DNA of 64,000 nt from Escherichia phage vB_EfeM_pEP20: the sequence record OQ743992. The stretch is one strand, 5' to 3'. The translations under genes and the position numbers were made by a program. Positions 46,177 to 62,229 of this stretch are shown piece by piece. The notes below the pieces were generated by a model, which was not told the origin of the DNA, ran no database searches, and was given only the letters and a program-made list of their open reading frames with translations. Within the stretch, counting starts at the first letter, position 1. Each line of letters begins with the position of its first letter.

Positions 46177-46536
46177 ATGAAACGTGAAAACATTATCCAC
46201 TCTGAAAACTTCGCATTAGGTTTTTATGGTGTACCGACTCACCTTGAAAAGTATTATGGTGTGAAGATTCTTTCCAATCTCATTATGGCTTACAAAGATG
46301 GTAAGATTAAGCATACTGAGAAGAAACGTGTCATGGGTTATATGGCTGTAGGTTCAGCAATCTCTAACATTAAGCTGGAAACAACTAGCAGTCAGATTGT
46401 AAAAGACCACTTCATCAAAGAGCTTTACCAGAATCTTGATGGTGTAGATGTTCAGGCTGTTTGGCTGGATGTTGATGGTCACAACTACACAAGTTTCGTT
46501 TTCAAAAACGATGACATTAAGTGTCTGTTCCCATAA
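46177..46536 (+). CDS. Hypothetical protein (119 aa)
   Basis: ORF. Confidence 0.45.
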   Translation: MKRENIIHSENFALGFYGVPTHLEKYYGVKILSNLIMAYKDGKIKHTEKKRVMGYMAVGSAISNIKLETTSSQIVKDHFIKELYQNLDGVDVQAVWLDVDGHNYTSFVFKNDDIKCLFP

Positions 46537-46549
46537 TAGGTGATTAACT

Positions 46550-47065
46550 ATGATTGATATCTACTTACAAGATGCTCATGCAGATTTCCTTAAAGCGATG
46601 CTTAAAAAGTTTATGGCTTCACAGTATGAGAATGAAGCATCTTTTAAAATAGTTACATGTGGCGATGAAGCTGGTTTTGTTGAGATTGAACATGAAGGTT
46701 CTGGAAAGACTGTTTGTAAGTTACCGGATAGCATGTTCTCTAGCACATTCTTAACAAAGAATAGCATAAATGTTAAGCTTGTGCCTCAGATTGAAACATA
46801 CTCTGGTACAGATTACCCTAAAGGTTTTAAGTCACTGATGAAGTACTTCTTAGATGTCTTTGTGAGTAATCTTCTGAGAGAGGTAAAAGAAAGTCGTACA
46901 GTGTTGACTGTAGAGAATATGGGAGGCACTATTAGGGTTACTTCTGACTGTTTTGTTATGAGCCTCTTCGACTTCGTTCCTAAGAACTTTGATGGTATTC
47001 TGGATGAAGAAGACGACTGTGTAGACTTTATATTGGTTCTTGAGCCAGTTTTTGAGGTTAAATAG
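46550..47065 (+). CDS. Hypothetical protein (171 aa)
   Basis: ORF. Confidence 0.5.
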   Translation: MIDIYLQDAHADFLKAMLKKFMASQYENEASFKIVTCGDEAGFVEIEHEGSGKTVCKLPDSMFSSTFLTKNSINVKLVPQIETYSGTDYPKGFKSLMKYFLDVFVSNLLREVKESRTVLTVENMGGTIRVTSDCFVMSLFDFVPKNFDGILDEEDDCVDFILVLEPVFEVK

Positions 47066-47326
47066 ATGAAAATTGAACACTGCTATGAGTCTGATGGAAC
47101 ACCTATCCGTTGTCCACATTGTGGATGTACAGACTTGCAAGGTGAGGTAAGTGAAATAGTAAACGGTCATATCGCTGAAGAGAGTACAAGGTGTACAGGG
47201 TGTAATGAAATTATCGCTTTCTGGGCCTATGGTTCATACCAACCGTCTCCACATTTTATCTACCATCGTAGTAAAGCTGTGAAGATTGTTATCAACTGGT
47301 TTATTAAGAAAGGATTTACAAAATGA
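47066..47326 (+). CDS. Small zinc-ribbon protein (86 aa)
   Basis: CPHCGC...CTGCNE. Confidence 0.45.
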   Translation: MKIEHCYESDGTPIRCPHCGCTDLQGEVSEIVNGHIAEESTRCTGCNEIIAFWAYGSYQPSPHFIYHRSKAVKIVINWFIKKGFTK

Positions 47327-47868
47327 TTAAATTAATCTTTGCAAGTGGTGAAAATGGGGAGTTTGGTACTCCAACTGGTATGCCGTGGCCTAGACATAAA
47401 CAGGACATGCAAGAATTTAAGAGACTCACTAAAAACAACTTAGTGGTAATGGGTAATGAGACTTTTAAGACTCTGGGTAGTAAACCTTTACCAGAACGTG
47501 CAAACCTAATCTTAACAAACTCTGTACCATACTTAGGTATAGACTTTGGCAAAGATGATGTAATGTATGCTAAGACCAGTAAAGAGTCTTTTGGAGCATT
47601 TTTGAAGTATCTTGACAGCTCTATTGATGAAGATGTCTTTGTAATTGGTGGTGCAGGTATCCTTGTCAATGCTTTACCGTATGCTGATGTAGTGTTCCAT
47701 ACAGTTTTCCATAAAGTTACTGAAGAGGCCACTGTTCATTTACCTTTTGAAAACTTCTTTGAAAAGTTGTATGATAACCGTGTATTTACAAAGGTACAGT
47801 CAAAACCATCAGAGGATGGTAAAGCAACTTTTGAAATTTATGTTCCACAAGTAAAAGGACACTTTTGA
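47323..47868 (+). CDS. frd: Dihydrofolate reductase
   Basis: N-terminal IFASGENGEFG...MPW and VVMGNETFKTLGSKPLPERANLILT match DHFR signatures; adjacent to thymidylate synthase. Confidence 0.8.
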   Translation: MIKLIFASGENGEFGTPTGMPWPRHKQDMQEFKRLTKNNLVVMGNETFKTLGSKPLPERANLILTNSVPYLGIDFGKDDVMYAKTSKESFGAFLKYLDSSIDEDVFVIGGAGILVNALPYADVVFHTVFHKVTEEATVHLPFENFFEKLYDNRVFTKVQSKPSEDGKATFEIYVPQVKGHF

Positions 47869-47869
47869 T

Positions 47870-48769
47870 ATGTCACAAGCAGATTCAAGTTATAAAAATA
47901 TCCTGAACCATGTTTTATCAGTTGGTGAACTGCGTACTACACGAACTGGAGATGTTATCTCTGCATTTGCTCCACCTCAGTTTCGTTTTGATATGCGAAC
48001 TGGTTTCCCGCTCTTAACATCTAAACAGGTGTTTACACGGCAAGTTATTGGGGAAGCTCTATGGTTCCTGAACGGTGAGAATAAGCTGGGTGAACTTCGT
48101 TACCGTACTTGGGGTGAAAATGACGGAGAACGCTGGACTATCTGGTCAGATGATTTTAAACGCTGGTTAAGCTCTAACTATTCTTCTGAACAAGATTGGT
48201 TAGAGGATGCAGGTGGAAGAATCTACGGAGTTCAGTGGAGAAACTTTGAAGGTCATAATGGTTGTGTTGTAGACCAGTTAGAGACCTTAGTAACGAAGAT
48301 GAAGGGTGATATCACAGACCGTTACATGCTTGTTAATGCTTGGAATGCAGCAGATATTGCAGCAAACTTAATGGCTCTAGCACCTTGTCATGTTCTGTTT
48401 CAGATTTATATCACTAACGAGGGTGAAGTTGACTTACAATGGTATCAGCGTTCTGTAGACACCTTTTTAGGACTTCCGTTTAATATTGCATCTTATGGAT
48501 TTATTCTGGAAGTTCTTTGTAAGATGACTGGATACACTCCACGGTACTTGATAGGTGTTTTTGGAGATACTCAGATTTATCAGAATCATATGAAGCAGGT
48601 TTATGAACTGATGAACAATGAAGAGTTTCATGCACCGACTTTTGAGATTGGTTTACAGCTTAACACTTTAAGTGACTTAAAACATCTCACTGCAAGTGAC
48701 TTTATCGGTGGTATTAACAATTACCAACATGCAGGAAAGATTGAAGCACCTTTGTCAGTAGGTAAATAA
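47870..48769 (+). CDS. td: Thymidylate synthase
   Basis: Active-site LAPCHVLFQIY (PCH motif); 299 aa. Confidence 0.85.
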   Translation: MSQADSSYKNILNHVLSVGELRTTRTGDVISAFAPPQFRFDMRTGFPLLTSKQVFTRQVIGEALWFLNGENKLGELRYRTWGENDGERWTIWSDDFKRWLSSNYSSEQDWLEDAGGRIYGVQWRNFEGHNGCVVDQLETLVTKMKGDITDRYMLVNAWNAADIAANLMALAPCHVLFQIYITNEGEVDLQWYQRSVDTFLGLPFNIASYGFILEVLCKMTGYTPRYLIGVFGDTQIYQNHMKQVYELMNNEEFHAPTFEIGLQLNTLSDLKHLTASDFIGGINNYQHAGKIEAPLSVGK

Positions 48770-48772
48770 AAC

Positions 48773-48806
48773 AAAAAAAAAAAAAAGGCTCCCGTAAAAA
48801 GGAGCC
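48773..48806. terminator. Convergent terminator between td (plus) and the tail operon (minus): GGCTCC stem, strong for minus strand
   Basis: A14 run then hairpin GGCTCC...GGAGCC; on minus-strand RNA the hairpin is followed by U14. Confidence 0.65.
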
Positions 48807-48813
48807 TTAAACT

Positions 48814-49185
48814 TTACTTTTCAGTATTCTTTGTGTTCTTTTCAGTAATAGCTTGGAGAGCTGATACTGATTGAGCCAGATTGTTCACACTATCAGAGAA
48901 TTTATCAAGAGTCTTAGTAAGTTTTGCGTTCTCACCCTTAACATTCTCTAACTGAACTTTCTGGTTCTCCATCCCTAGCTGAAGCAGCCTCATATCAGAC
49001 TGTAAATCACGAATAGCTGAATAATTACTTTTGGAATAATTATCTAACTGCTGTAACTTTGTTGTGATAGACACTTCTTGTTTACCATCCGAAACTTGCA
49101 TGGTGGTATACATCCCAATAACACTAAAAATACCAACTACAATTGCACCAATATTATTTTTAAAAGCTTCCTCTAGCCACTTCAT
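48814..49185 (-). CDS. Membrane-anchored coiled-coil protein (123 aa)
   Basis: N-terminal TM IGAIVVGIFSVIGMY then heptad-rich region. Confidence 0.4.
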   Translation of the reverse strand: MKWLEEAFKNNIGAIVVGIFSVIGMYTTMQVSDGKQEVSITTKLQQLDNYSKSNYSAIRDLQSDMRLLQLGMENQKVQLENVKGENAKLTKTLDKFSDSVNNLAQSVSALQAITEKNTKNTEK

Positions 49186-49379
49186 TTATTCTCCCCCTTA
49201 AAAGCTTTTTCTAAGTTATCTACGAACTCATCATCAATAGGTGTGTCTGTTTTACTAGCAAGATATCTTGCAAGCCTAAAGAACACTTTCTCAATCATGT
49301 ATTCACTTAGAAGGGATAAAATGAGTTTCCAGAAGAAGCTACCTAGATTTTTTAGAAGAATTGCTAGGATTGTAGGCAT
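49182..49379 (-). CDS. Small membrane protein (65 aa), holin-like size
   Basis: Hydrophobic N-terminus; ATGA overlap with downstream gene. Confidence 0.35.
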   Translation of the reverse strand: MPTILAILLKNLGSFFWKLILSLLSEYMIEKVFFRLARYLASKTDTPIDDEFVDNLEKAFKGENK

Positions 49380-49458
49380 TTAATCACCTCATCAGCCAAG
49401 ATGGTGAGAATACCCATAAAGAATATTAACACCATCTTAACAATCAGTCAACAAGGGA

Positions 49459-51816
49459 TTAAGCAGTTCTTACCCAAGCCATTAACTTATAGAACTGGTT
49501 AGTAACACTAAATGCTGAACCAGAACCAGTACCACCTGTGTTACCGCTAACTGTGTGGCTGTGAGCACCAATACCAACAGTGTGCGCGTGGTTGCCAGTT
49601 GTGTTGGTTACACCTGTCCAAGTTCTTGACGCGTGGAAATCAGCAGCAGCACCGTAAGTGAAGTCAGAGCCTGTGAAGCCATGTGAAGCCTGAGCACTAC
49701 CCATCTGAAACGCACCGCCCGCAGTGTAGAATGCACTGTTATCACTTCTGAACCAACCAACCACACCAGAAATCTCCATGTTACCTCTATCGTGAGCATG
49801 GTTGCCAGTCGTATTTGTCGCCTTAGTACCATAATCAAATGATGAAGTGGTAGAAGAGAAACTATGCGTGTGTGAAGGTAAGTTACCAACAGATAACGTT
49901 ACAGAGTCTGAACCCCCAGTTGTAGCAACATCTGAACCGTTTGCTGCTGCAATTCTAATAGTTCTACCAACACCATTATTCAGGTACGTCCAAGTTAGAC
50001 CAGGAAGTGCTGTATTAGGGTTAACATTACTGTTAAACCACGTCACAATACCTACTGGATAGATTTTATTCAGGTCTGTAGAGTTACTAATTGCTTCTGC
50101 AATCTTCTGGTCAGTTTCAGCTTTAGTGTATGCACCAATCTCTGAAGGGGTAGGTTTCTGAGCTTCAGTGTAAACCTTAGACCATTCAACCTCAAAGCCA
50201 AGTGTGTCTCTGGCTGACCTGTACCACATCCCACCATTTTTCGATTCAAATCTTAATTGTGCAGATGGTGTTAGAGCTTTCGCATTAGAGGCCATGTGCA
50301 AGACTAAACGGTTTTGCCCGCTAGATTTTGTCTCAAGATAGATTCCTGAGGGTTGGTCCCAAGCCACACCACCAGCAGCCTCGGTCTTCGAAGCTCTGAA
50401 TGCTGACCAGAAATACTTTGAATCGGCTTCGGCTTTACCGTAATACCTTGCATCAAAGTTTGTGAAGTTGCTAGGTTGTACTTGACCACCAATTACTAAG
50501 TTTGCATTAATTGATACTTCGGAACCAATGCTTAGGCTTTTACCAGTTTTATAGTTATACAAACTAACAGTGTCACTACCGTCGTCATTGCCAACATACC
50601 ACCTATTCGTTCCATCATAATCCTTACCCCTAATGTAAAGTGCGGCGGTTGATTTTCCTTGTAACACGAGAGCTTCACCATTAGTGTTAATAACCTGCTT
50701 TGCAGTGAACGTGTTACTTCCATTAGTTCTTGCAATCGTACTTAATGTTGCTGCCGGAATATATCTAGAGTCGATGTTAGCCCAATCTGAAGGTTGAACT
50801 TGACCAGTGATTCTGACATTTTTATTTGCTGATACTCCAGCAGCATCTAAGACCAAAGAGGTGTTAGTGGTGTAGTTGTAGATAGTTACACCATCACCTG
50901 AGCTACCTTTACCAAAATACCATAAGTTCCCGCCTTCATAATCTTTTGCAAGTAGATACAGGGATTCGTTTGCTGATGCACATTGCAATGTGATAGCAGC
51001 AGCATTCGAGATAACACTCATAGTCCTAAATGTATTAGCACCTGTAAAAGTGTTATTACCAGCTAACTGTGCAAATCTCTGATTAGCGACTGTCTGAGTA
51101 AAGTATCTAGCATCTAAGTTAGAGAAATCTGAAGGTTGGACTTGACCAGTGATTCTAAGTGACTTATTAAATGCTGCTGTTGCATCAAGGGTTAACATTG
51201 CACCAGTAGCATGATTGTACAAATATACATTAGTACTGTTTGCATTTCCCTGTCCAACATACCAAGTTTGCTGGTTATTAGAATCTCTACCTTGAATATA
51301 TGAAGCACCTGCATTGGTTGCCTTCTTAAGAGTTAACTGCTCACCATCAGTTACGATTGCTTGCCTAATGCTGAAGTTATTTGTGACAGCAAGCCTTGCA
51401 TATCTTGCATCATTCTCTTCATTAGTTCTCATACCAAGTTCATTAGGGCTTGGTTTATTCAAAGTATGATAAACAGTTGCCGACCTTGAAGCATCTGCAA
51501 TAGTGAGTTTAAGACCATTTGAGTTAATTTTAAAAGTCTTTAAAATATCCCCAATAGTAATCTCAGAAGAATCTGTTGGGTCAAATACAGCCTTACCACC
51601 GTAAAGTAACTTGACAATACCTAAATCCCCCGTCATAGTGCTCCCAGCAATCTGAACAAACCTTTCTAGTTTGAAGGAAGCTAAGAAGTCTTGATAGGTC
51701 ATTCTACGGTCTTCGTCGCCCAACATTTCAGGTCTTTTCTTAACTCTGATGTGCAATAGGTCTTCTGAACGAATTGTGTCGATTGAGTTTAATTGACTCA
51801 ATTTGTAATCTGCCAT
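49459..51816 (-). CDS. Tail fibre protein (785 aa) with His-rich C-terminal module
   Basis: Repetitive Gly/Ser/Thr-rich sequence; HTHS/HAH motifs; C-terminus shared with next fibre gene (AFSV...W.RTA). Confidence 0.6.
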   Translation of the reverse strand: MADYKLSQLNSIDTIRSEDLLHIRVKKRPEMLGDEDRRMTYQDFLASFKLERFVQIAGSTMTGDLGIVKLLYGGKAVFDPTDSSEITIGDILKTFKINSNGLKLTIADASRSATVYHTLNKPSPNELGMRTNEENDARYARLAVTNNFSIRQAIVTDGEQLTLKKATNAGASYIQGRDSNNQQTWYVGQGNANSTNVYLYNHATGAMLTLDATAAFNKSLRITGQVQPSDFSNLDARYFTQTVANQRFAQLAGNNTFTGANTFRTMSVISNAAAITLQCASANESLYLLAKDYEGGNLWYFGKGSSGDGVTIYNYTTNTSLVLDAAGVSANKNVRITGQVQPSDWANIDSRYIPAATLSTIARTNGSNTFTAKQVINTNGEALVLQGKSTAALYIRGKDYDGTNRWYVGNDDGSDTVSLYNYKTGKSLSIGSEVSINANLVIGGQVQPSNFTNFDARYYGKAEADSKYFWSAFRASKTEAAGGVAWDQPSGIYLETKSSGQNRLVLHMASNAKALTPSAQLRFESKNGGMWYRSARDTLGFEVEWSKVYTEAQKPTPSEIGAYTKAETDQKIAEAISNSTDLNKIYPVGIVTWFNSNVNPNTALPGLTWTYLNNGVGRTIRIAAANGSDVATTGGSDSVTLSVGNLPSHTHSFSSTTSSFDYGTKATNTTGNHAHDRGNMEISGVVGWFRSDNSAFYTAGGAFQMGSAQASHGFTGSDFTYGAAADFHASRTWTGVTNTTGNHAHTVGIGAHSHTVSGNTGGTGSGSAFSVTNQFYKLMAWVRTA

Positions 51817-51862
51817 TATAAATTTTCCTCTTAAAAGGGGCTACAAAGCCCCTGTAAAGAAA

Positions 51863-53038
51863 TTAAGCTGTTCTCTGCCATACATATACGACAAAAGATG
51901 GCTGCTCAACACTGAAAGCTTGACCACCACCCACAGAACCAGATGTCCCTGAGTGTGTATGTTCAGAGTTAGAGACAGTAACAGTACCCGTATGACTGTG
52001 TGAACCAATATTAACAGTGTGGCTATGAGCACCAATTGCAACAGTATGGCTATGAGCACCAGATGATGCAGTTGTGCCTGAGAAGCTATGGGTGTGAGCA
52101 CCTGCTAAATCAGTATAAATATTATTATCAATCCCAGCATAAGCAGATGCAGTAATAGCATTTGACCCACTTCTATCATTACCCCTCAGTGGTACTCTAT
52201 GGTTATGGTTACCATCATTACTTGTCGTGCCGCTAAACGTATGAGTGTGAGCACCAGCACTATTAGTCGTTTTTGTACCGTAATCAAAAGTTGATGTACT
52301 TTTTGAACCATAATCAAAACTAGAGATAGATACGCTTGCAGAGTGTGTGTGACCACCACCTGTTAGATAGATAGAGTGAGTATGTGCTGGTAAATTATTA
52401 TTTGTTAATGCTACAGTCTGAGAACCAAACGTTGAACCAACAGGTCTAGAATCTGTATCATAACCAACTAGTGCTCTACCTTTAGAAACTAACTCCCAAG
52501 TACCTCCACAAAGCAAGTAAGTGGATGGGTTAGCAGAGTTAACAGATAGATGAATAGTCCCTACTGGATATGATGCTTGAATAGCTTTGTATAAATTATT
52601 CACTGCTCTCGCGGTAGCGTACTTATCAGCATCTTCGTTGTACAGGTTAGATGTTGTCCAGTTCTGAACATTACTTAAACCGACCTGTGCTTTAGTTGTA
52701 TTGTGTGGGTTACTTTTGTCGTCAATATGCTGCTGAATTAAGTTATTCACTTCATCTGACGACATAATTTGTAGATTAGCTCTTGCCTCAGCAACATTTA
52801 CAATGTCTGACAAGTTATTAGCTGCAACTAATTGAAGAGAGTTAATAACATTATCAAGACCTACTTGTGATTTAGTTACACCATGAGGGTTATTCCTCAA
52901 AGATGCGTGAGGTGATAACAACTGTTCAAGCGTACATCTTTTATCCTCAACACCTTGCTTAAGATGGAAGATATCACTCAAATCAATTGGTAAGGCCGCT
53001 TGTGGCAAGGCACTAATTTGAATTTCACCTACTGCCAT
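51863..53038 (-). CDS. Tail fibre protein (391 aa) with HxH repeats
   Basis: GAHTHSFSGTT, GAHSHTV repeats; C-terminal AFSVEQPSFVVYVWQRTA. Confidence 0.6.
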   Translation of the reverse strand: MAVGEIQISALPQAALPIDLSDIFHLKQGVEDKRCTLEQLLSPHASLRNNPHGVTKSQVGLDNVINSLQLVAANNLSDIVNVAEARANLQIMSSDEVNNLIQQHIDDKSNPHNTTKAQVGLSNVQNWTTSNLYNEDADKYATARAVNNLYKAIQASYPVGTIHLSVNSANPSTYLLCGGTWELVSKGRALVGYDTDSRPVGSTFGSQTVALTNNNLPAHTHSIYLTGGGHTHSASVSISSFDYGSKSTSTFDYGTKTTNSAGAHTHTFSGTTSNDGNHNHRVPLRGNDRSGSNAITASAYAGIDNNIYTDLAGAHTHSFSGTTASSGAHSHTVAIGAHSHTVNIGSHSHTGTVTVSNSEHTHSGTSGSVGGGQAFSVEQPSFVVYVWQRTA

Positions 53039-53040
53039 TA

Positions 53041-53343
53041 TTAAGCTCCTACATATTCATATGTGTAAAGGTTTCTTGTACTTGTTGATGCAGTCCCAGT
53101 CTCAGACTTAATCAGATTCCAGCCATTAGCCACTAAATCTGGTTGCTCGGTTGCATATGAGCGAACTTCACCAACAGTGCCATTTACTTTATTCAGCAGG
53201 TAGTTGATAATATAGTTGAACCACTGTCTACCCATAGGCTCACCCTTTAAAAGACCTGTCTCTTGAATTTCTGGTGGTGGTAAAACTTTTAACTGATTAC
53301 CATCAGTATCCACTTCATTTGTAGACCAATTTAAAACTGCCAT
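53041..53343 (-). CDS. Hypothetical tail/baseplate-associated protein (100 aa)
   Basis: ORF in tail module. Confidence 0.4.
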   Translation of the reverse strand: MAVLNWSTNEVDTDGNQLKVLPPPEIQETGLLKGEPMGRQWFNYIINYLLNKVNGTVGEVRSYATEQPDLVANGWNLIKSETGTASTSTRNLYTYEYVGA

Positions 53344-54197
53344 TAAGAATTTCCTTCTTGTTGTGATTTATCTTTTCTGCCTTTGACAATTTGTGCAACC
53401 TCAGCCATGATTCCATATGCACCACCTGCAACAGCTTCTTTACCAACGATGAAATATCCACTATTATTAGACCTATCTACAGTCATGTAATCATCACTCT
53501 GTGAGTTTGCTGTTCTGTCAACCTTAAAGTAACCATCAATAACACCAGTATCTGCAAGACTACCTACTAAGTTAGACTCCAGAGAGCCACCAGCGTTATT
53601 TGTGACAAGACCTCTGTTAGCATCAGTTACAAACCAGTTCTCTTTATCATCCACAATAGCAAGTGCTGAATCAGCAACCTCTACAGGTGTCCAAGCAGTC
53701 CCCTTTAAAGTAACATCTCTTAAGATAACAGCAGAACCAGTGGTTGTTGCAGAAATCTTTGATAGCGTATATGCAGCATCAAGAACGTTTTTTCTGGTGT
53801 TAATACGGATAACGATACCACCAGTCTTAGGAGTAATATGCTCAAAAATCTGAGAGAAAGTTGCACCATATAGCGTCATAATTGCTTTTTGCAAGAATGT
53901 TGGAGTAGTGTCAGAGCGTCTTAGGAAGATTTGGATATAAAGCATAGCTCTATATGTTTCATCATCAGCACCTAAAGGTCTAGGAACTTTAATCAGTGAG
54001 CCAATATTATCAAGTTGTTGGCCTACTGACGTCCTAATATTTCTCTCTGTGTGCATCTGCCAGCAAACATCCTCTAATGTTTGTAACTCATCAGTGATTG
54101 CTTTCAAGATACTTGTGTAGATAAACTTATCTTTAAACTGTGTTACAGTTCGTTCATCAAGTGTTTTGTAATAAACACTATCAATCTTTTCAAACAT
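53343..54197 (-). CDS. Putative baseplate wedge protein (284 aa)
   Basis: Position between baseplate-J-like gene and fibres. Confidence 0.4.
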   Translation of the reverse strand: MFEKIDSVYYKTLDERTVTQFKDKFIYTSILKAITDELQTLEDVCWQMHTERNIRTSVGQQLDNIGSLIKVPRPLGADDETYRAMLYIQIFLRRSDTTPTFLQKAIMTLYGATFSQIFEHITPKTGGIVIRINTRKNVLDAAYTLSKISATTTGSAVILRDVTLKGTAWTPVEVADSALAIVDDKENWFVTDANRGLVTNNAGGSLESNLVGSLADTGVIDGYFKVDRTANSQSDDYMTVDRSNNSGYFIVGKEAVAGGAYGIMAEVAQIVKGRKDKSQQEGNS

Positions 54198-54199
54198 TA

Positions 54200-55668
54200 T
54201 TACTCCTTAGTGATGGTATACTGGCTACTTTCCCAAACAGTATATTGGTCACCGTCAACAGTAATTCTTGCTGTAGTATACTGCCCGTCACTAGGTGGAA
54301 CTGATTGGTTATTTGATAATGCTACTTTAACTTCATTAATCTCAATACCTTTAATTACGTCATAGATATGTCCATAGGTTCTGTTAGGGATAACATCATT
54401 ACCAACCTTAAGAGTTCTTCCGTAGGCATTAATACCTTGTACAATGCTGTCTCTGATATCCTCTTCAGGGATTGTCAAGCTTTCTTCATCATATAAAGAG
54501 TAAGAGACTTTAACAAATGCGTATTTTGGTGTTGGTCTGCTGAAATAAATATTATGTGCCAAACCACCTAAATCATGGGCTGTACCAAAAATTGAGCCAT
54601 AAGCCCTAATACCAGCAGGTTTTGTATCCCAGATTGCTTGAGCTACATTATCATTTTGACCACCAACTACGACAATCTTAAAAGATTTTGGTGGGAGACC
54701 TTCTGAGTTTGTCTCTTCAGTATCATTTTCAACACCTGAAGCATCTGAGACACCTTGAACTCTTTTAACAGCAGCTACAATTGCATCTAAAGTCCCTACA
54801 CCAGTAACTGCTAAGGATTCTAAATATCTCTGTCTAAGTTCTGTGTCAGTTTCTTCGTTTCTACCAGTTGTTAAGTCATATCTGTTATAAATACTGTCAA
54901 GACCATCAACAGTTGTCTCAATCTCAATAAGCGTACCAGCCAAAGCAGGGGTAGCACCCACCTCTTCAGCTACTACATCTGAAATAGTTGTAATTTTTGT
55001 AAAGGTCAGAAATGTTGTCGCAGTGACAACCATAGGGTTTGTTCTGGCAATGATATCACCCTCATCTTTATAGACTCTCAATGATGCTCCATCATTAATG
55101 ACTTCTGCCTTTGCTACAATACCACCATTAATAGCTTCTGCTAATTTTGTTAGAAGTGTGGTGATTGTGTCTGATGAGGTTGGTTTATATGAGAAAATGA
55201 CGTTATCAATAATAATAACATAATCTGCATCAGTTCGTAAAGAGTTAACTTCAAGGACAGCTTCAACACAATATGATGGGGTTAGGGTAATGTTGTTAAC
55301 TGGATAAAAGATATTTCCGGCAGTACTTCTTAATCTTGTTGTTGAAGGAATGGTAGCACCAGTCGTTCCAGTAAACTCTACCTGACCTCTTGTTGCCTGT
55401 GCAACATATCTATATACAGCATTTAAAGCTGTAATATCATCAAGGTTAAAGCCTTCGGCCTTGTCAATTGTTCCACCGTCATAGACTTCTGATAGAATCT
55501 CATGGGTATCTGCTAAAGACCTTGCAATTGAAGCTAGGAAGAGTCCTAATTGACTATCTTCAGAAACGTCAAGGTTTGGTGAAATATCTCTAAGAAGTCT
55601 TGATTTGATATTATCAAAAATCTCCTGATATCTTAGAGTTTGTAATCCTGTTGTAGTTAGTCCTGCCA

Positions 55669-55669
<1 letters not shown>
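54200..55669 (-). CDS. Putative baseplate J-like protein (489 aa)
   Basis: Size and position (Mu/P2-like order). Confidence 0.45.
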
Positions 55670-61053
<5,384 letters not shown>

Positions 61054-61054
<1 letters not shown>

Positions 61055-61293
61055 TACATTTTTCCTGCTCTTCTAAGTTCGTTGTAAGCAATTTCCTCTT
61101 TATACGACCTCTGAATTTCAAGAAATTGTCTCAATGATAATAAATCAGAGAATGTCATAGCAAAGAGTTGGTCAAGTGTTTCTTTACACCCTTCCATACC
61201 ATAAATAGCAAGCACAAATTTCATCTCGTCTGCTTCTTCATAGGTTGCCTCTACAGCAGCATCAGTTAGTGGTGTCTGTAGAGTGTTACCCAT
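61054..61293 (-). CDS. Putative tail assembly chaperone (79 aa)
   Basis: Small ORF between tube and tape measure. Confidence 0.4.
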
Positions 61294-61295
61294 GT

Positions 61296-61694
61296 TTACT
61301 GAGAAGTTAGGCTTTTGAAAATGCTTGCTTCGAAAAAACTTCCGAAGTTTGCCTCCAGCGCAAATGCTAAGTAATCAATAAATTCACCATAGTTTGCTTG
61401 GAAGTATGTATCAATATTAAGTGGGAAGTCATCAACAGTTGCCCCTTGAAATAGCAGGGTAGCCATTTCTTCAAGGTTAATTTCTTCAATTCTGTCAAAA
61501 CAAGCCTCAACAAGTTCTTTAAATGGAACCATTGGAACTTCTTTCTTATCTTTATCAGTCAGACTTGATAGCATCTGTGCAAAAGTTGGAACAACAATTT
61601 TACCCAACTTCATAGACATCTTAATACCATCTCTTGCCCCAAGCAGAACGATATTTACTTTCTTACCATTAATTACTCTAGCTTCTGTTTTCAT
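61296..61694 (-). CDS. Putative tail assembly chaperone (132 aa)
   Basis: Position-based. Confidence 0.45.
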   Translation of the reverse strand: MKTEARVINGKKVNIVLLGARDGIKMSMKLGKIVVPTFAQMLSSLTDKDKKEVPMVPFKELVEACFDRIEEINLEEMATLLFQGATVDDFPLNIDTYFQANYGEFIDYLAFALEANFGSFFEASIFKSLTSQ

Positions 61695-61767
61695 TGTGAT
61701 TCCTTAATACTTTTAAAAGAAACAAAAAAGGGGAAGACCTTTTAAAGTCTCCCCCTTATAGGATTTA

Positions 61768-62214
61768 TTAAACACTTGACGCTGGAATTGTAGAAGTGTA
61801 GTCTAGCTTCTCACAACCAAAAATCCAAGTTTTAGAGTTCTGGTCACGACCAAGTTCAATCTGAGGTAGTTCCTGCAACCAAGCATTAATACCGGTTGCC
61901 AGAACAGAGCCTGATGGGTCGTAGATTACGAAGTTAGAAGAGATATCTTCTTCAAGTTCCATATTGTCTTGTTTAGCTTGAATTGCAGAAAGCATCTGAT
62001 TAGAGAGAGAAGTCTGCATTAGCTCAATCTCAATAGTACCTGTCTTGTCTGCATTTCTTGTCAGAGCAACCTGACCACCCGCACCTACAACTGGTGTGAT
62101 AAGTGGTGATGTTCTCTGTAGACGTAAGAATGAATCTGGAGCAAAGCCTTCAATAGCAATGCCGTTCCAGCTACATACAACGTCTTTAGGGGAATATTGC
62201 TGATACATAGCCAT
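61768..62214 (-). CDS. Putative tail tube protein (148 aa)
   Basis: Size and position after sheath. Confidence 0.5.
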   Translation of the reverse strand: MAMYQQYSPKDVVCSWNGIAIEGFAPDSFLRLQRTSPLITPVVGAGGQVALTRNADKTGTIEIELMQTSLSNQMLSAIQAKQDNMELEEDISSNFVIYDPSGSVLATGINAWLQELPQIELGRDQNSKTWIFGCEKLDYTSTIPASSV

Positions 62215-62229
62215 TCCAATTTACCTCTA

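Noticed and set aside
45825-47170. Minus-strand ORFs 45793-45993, 45825-46040, 46576-46767, 46850-47170 and 47316-47732
   Set aside because: Antisense to a tightly packed plus-strand gene series with RBSs (including DHFR); no start signals.
49608-53853. Internal and antisense ORFs within tail fibre and baseplate genes (49608-49889, 49847-50062, 50304-50492, 50532-50735, 51841-52101, 53602-53853)
   Set aside because: Products of repetitive fibre sequence read in other frames (Leu/His/Val-rich); no independent support.
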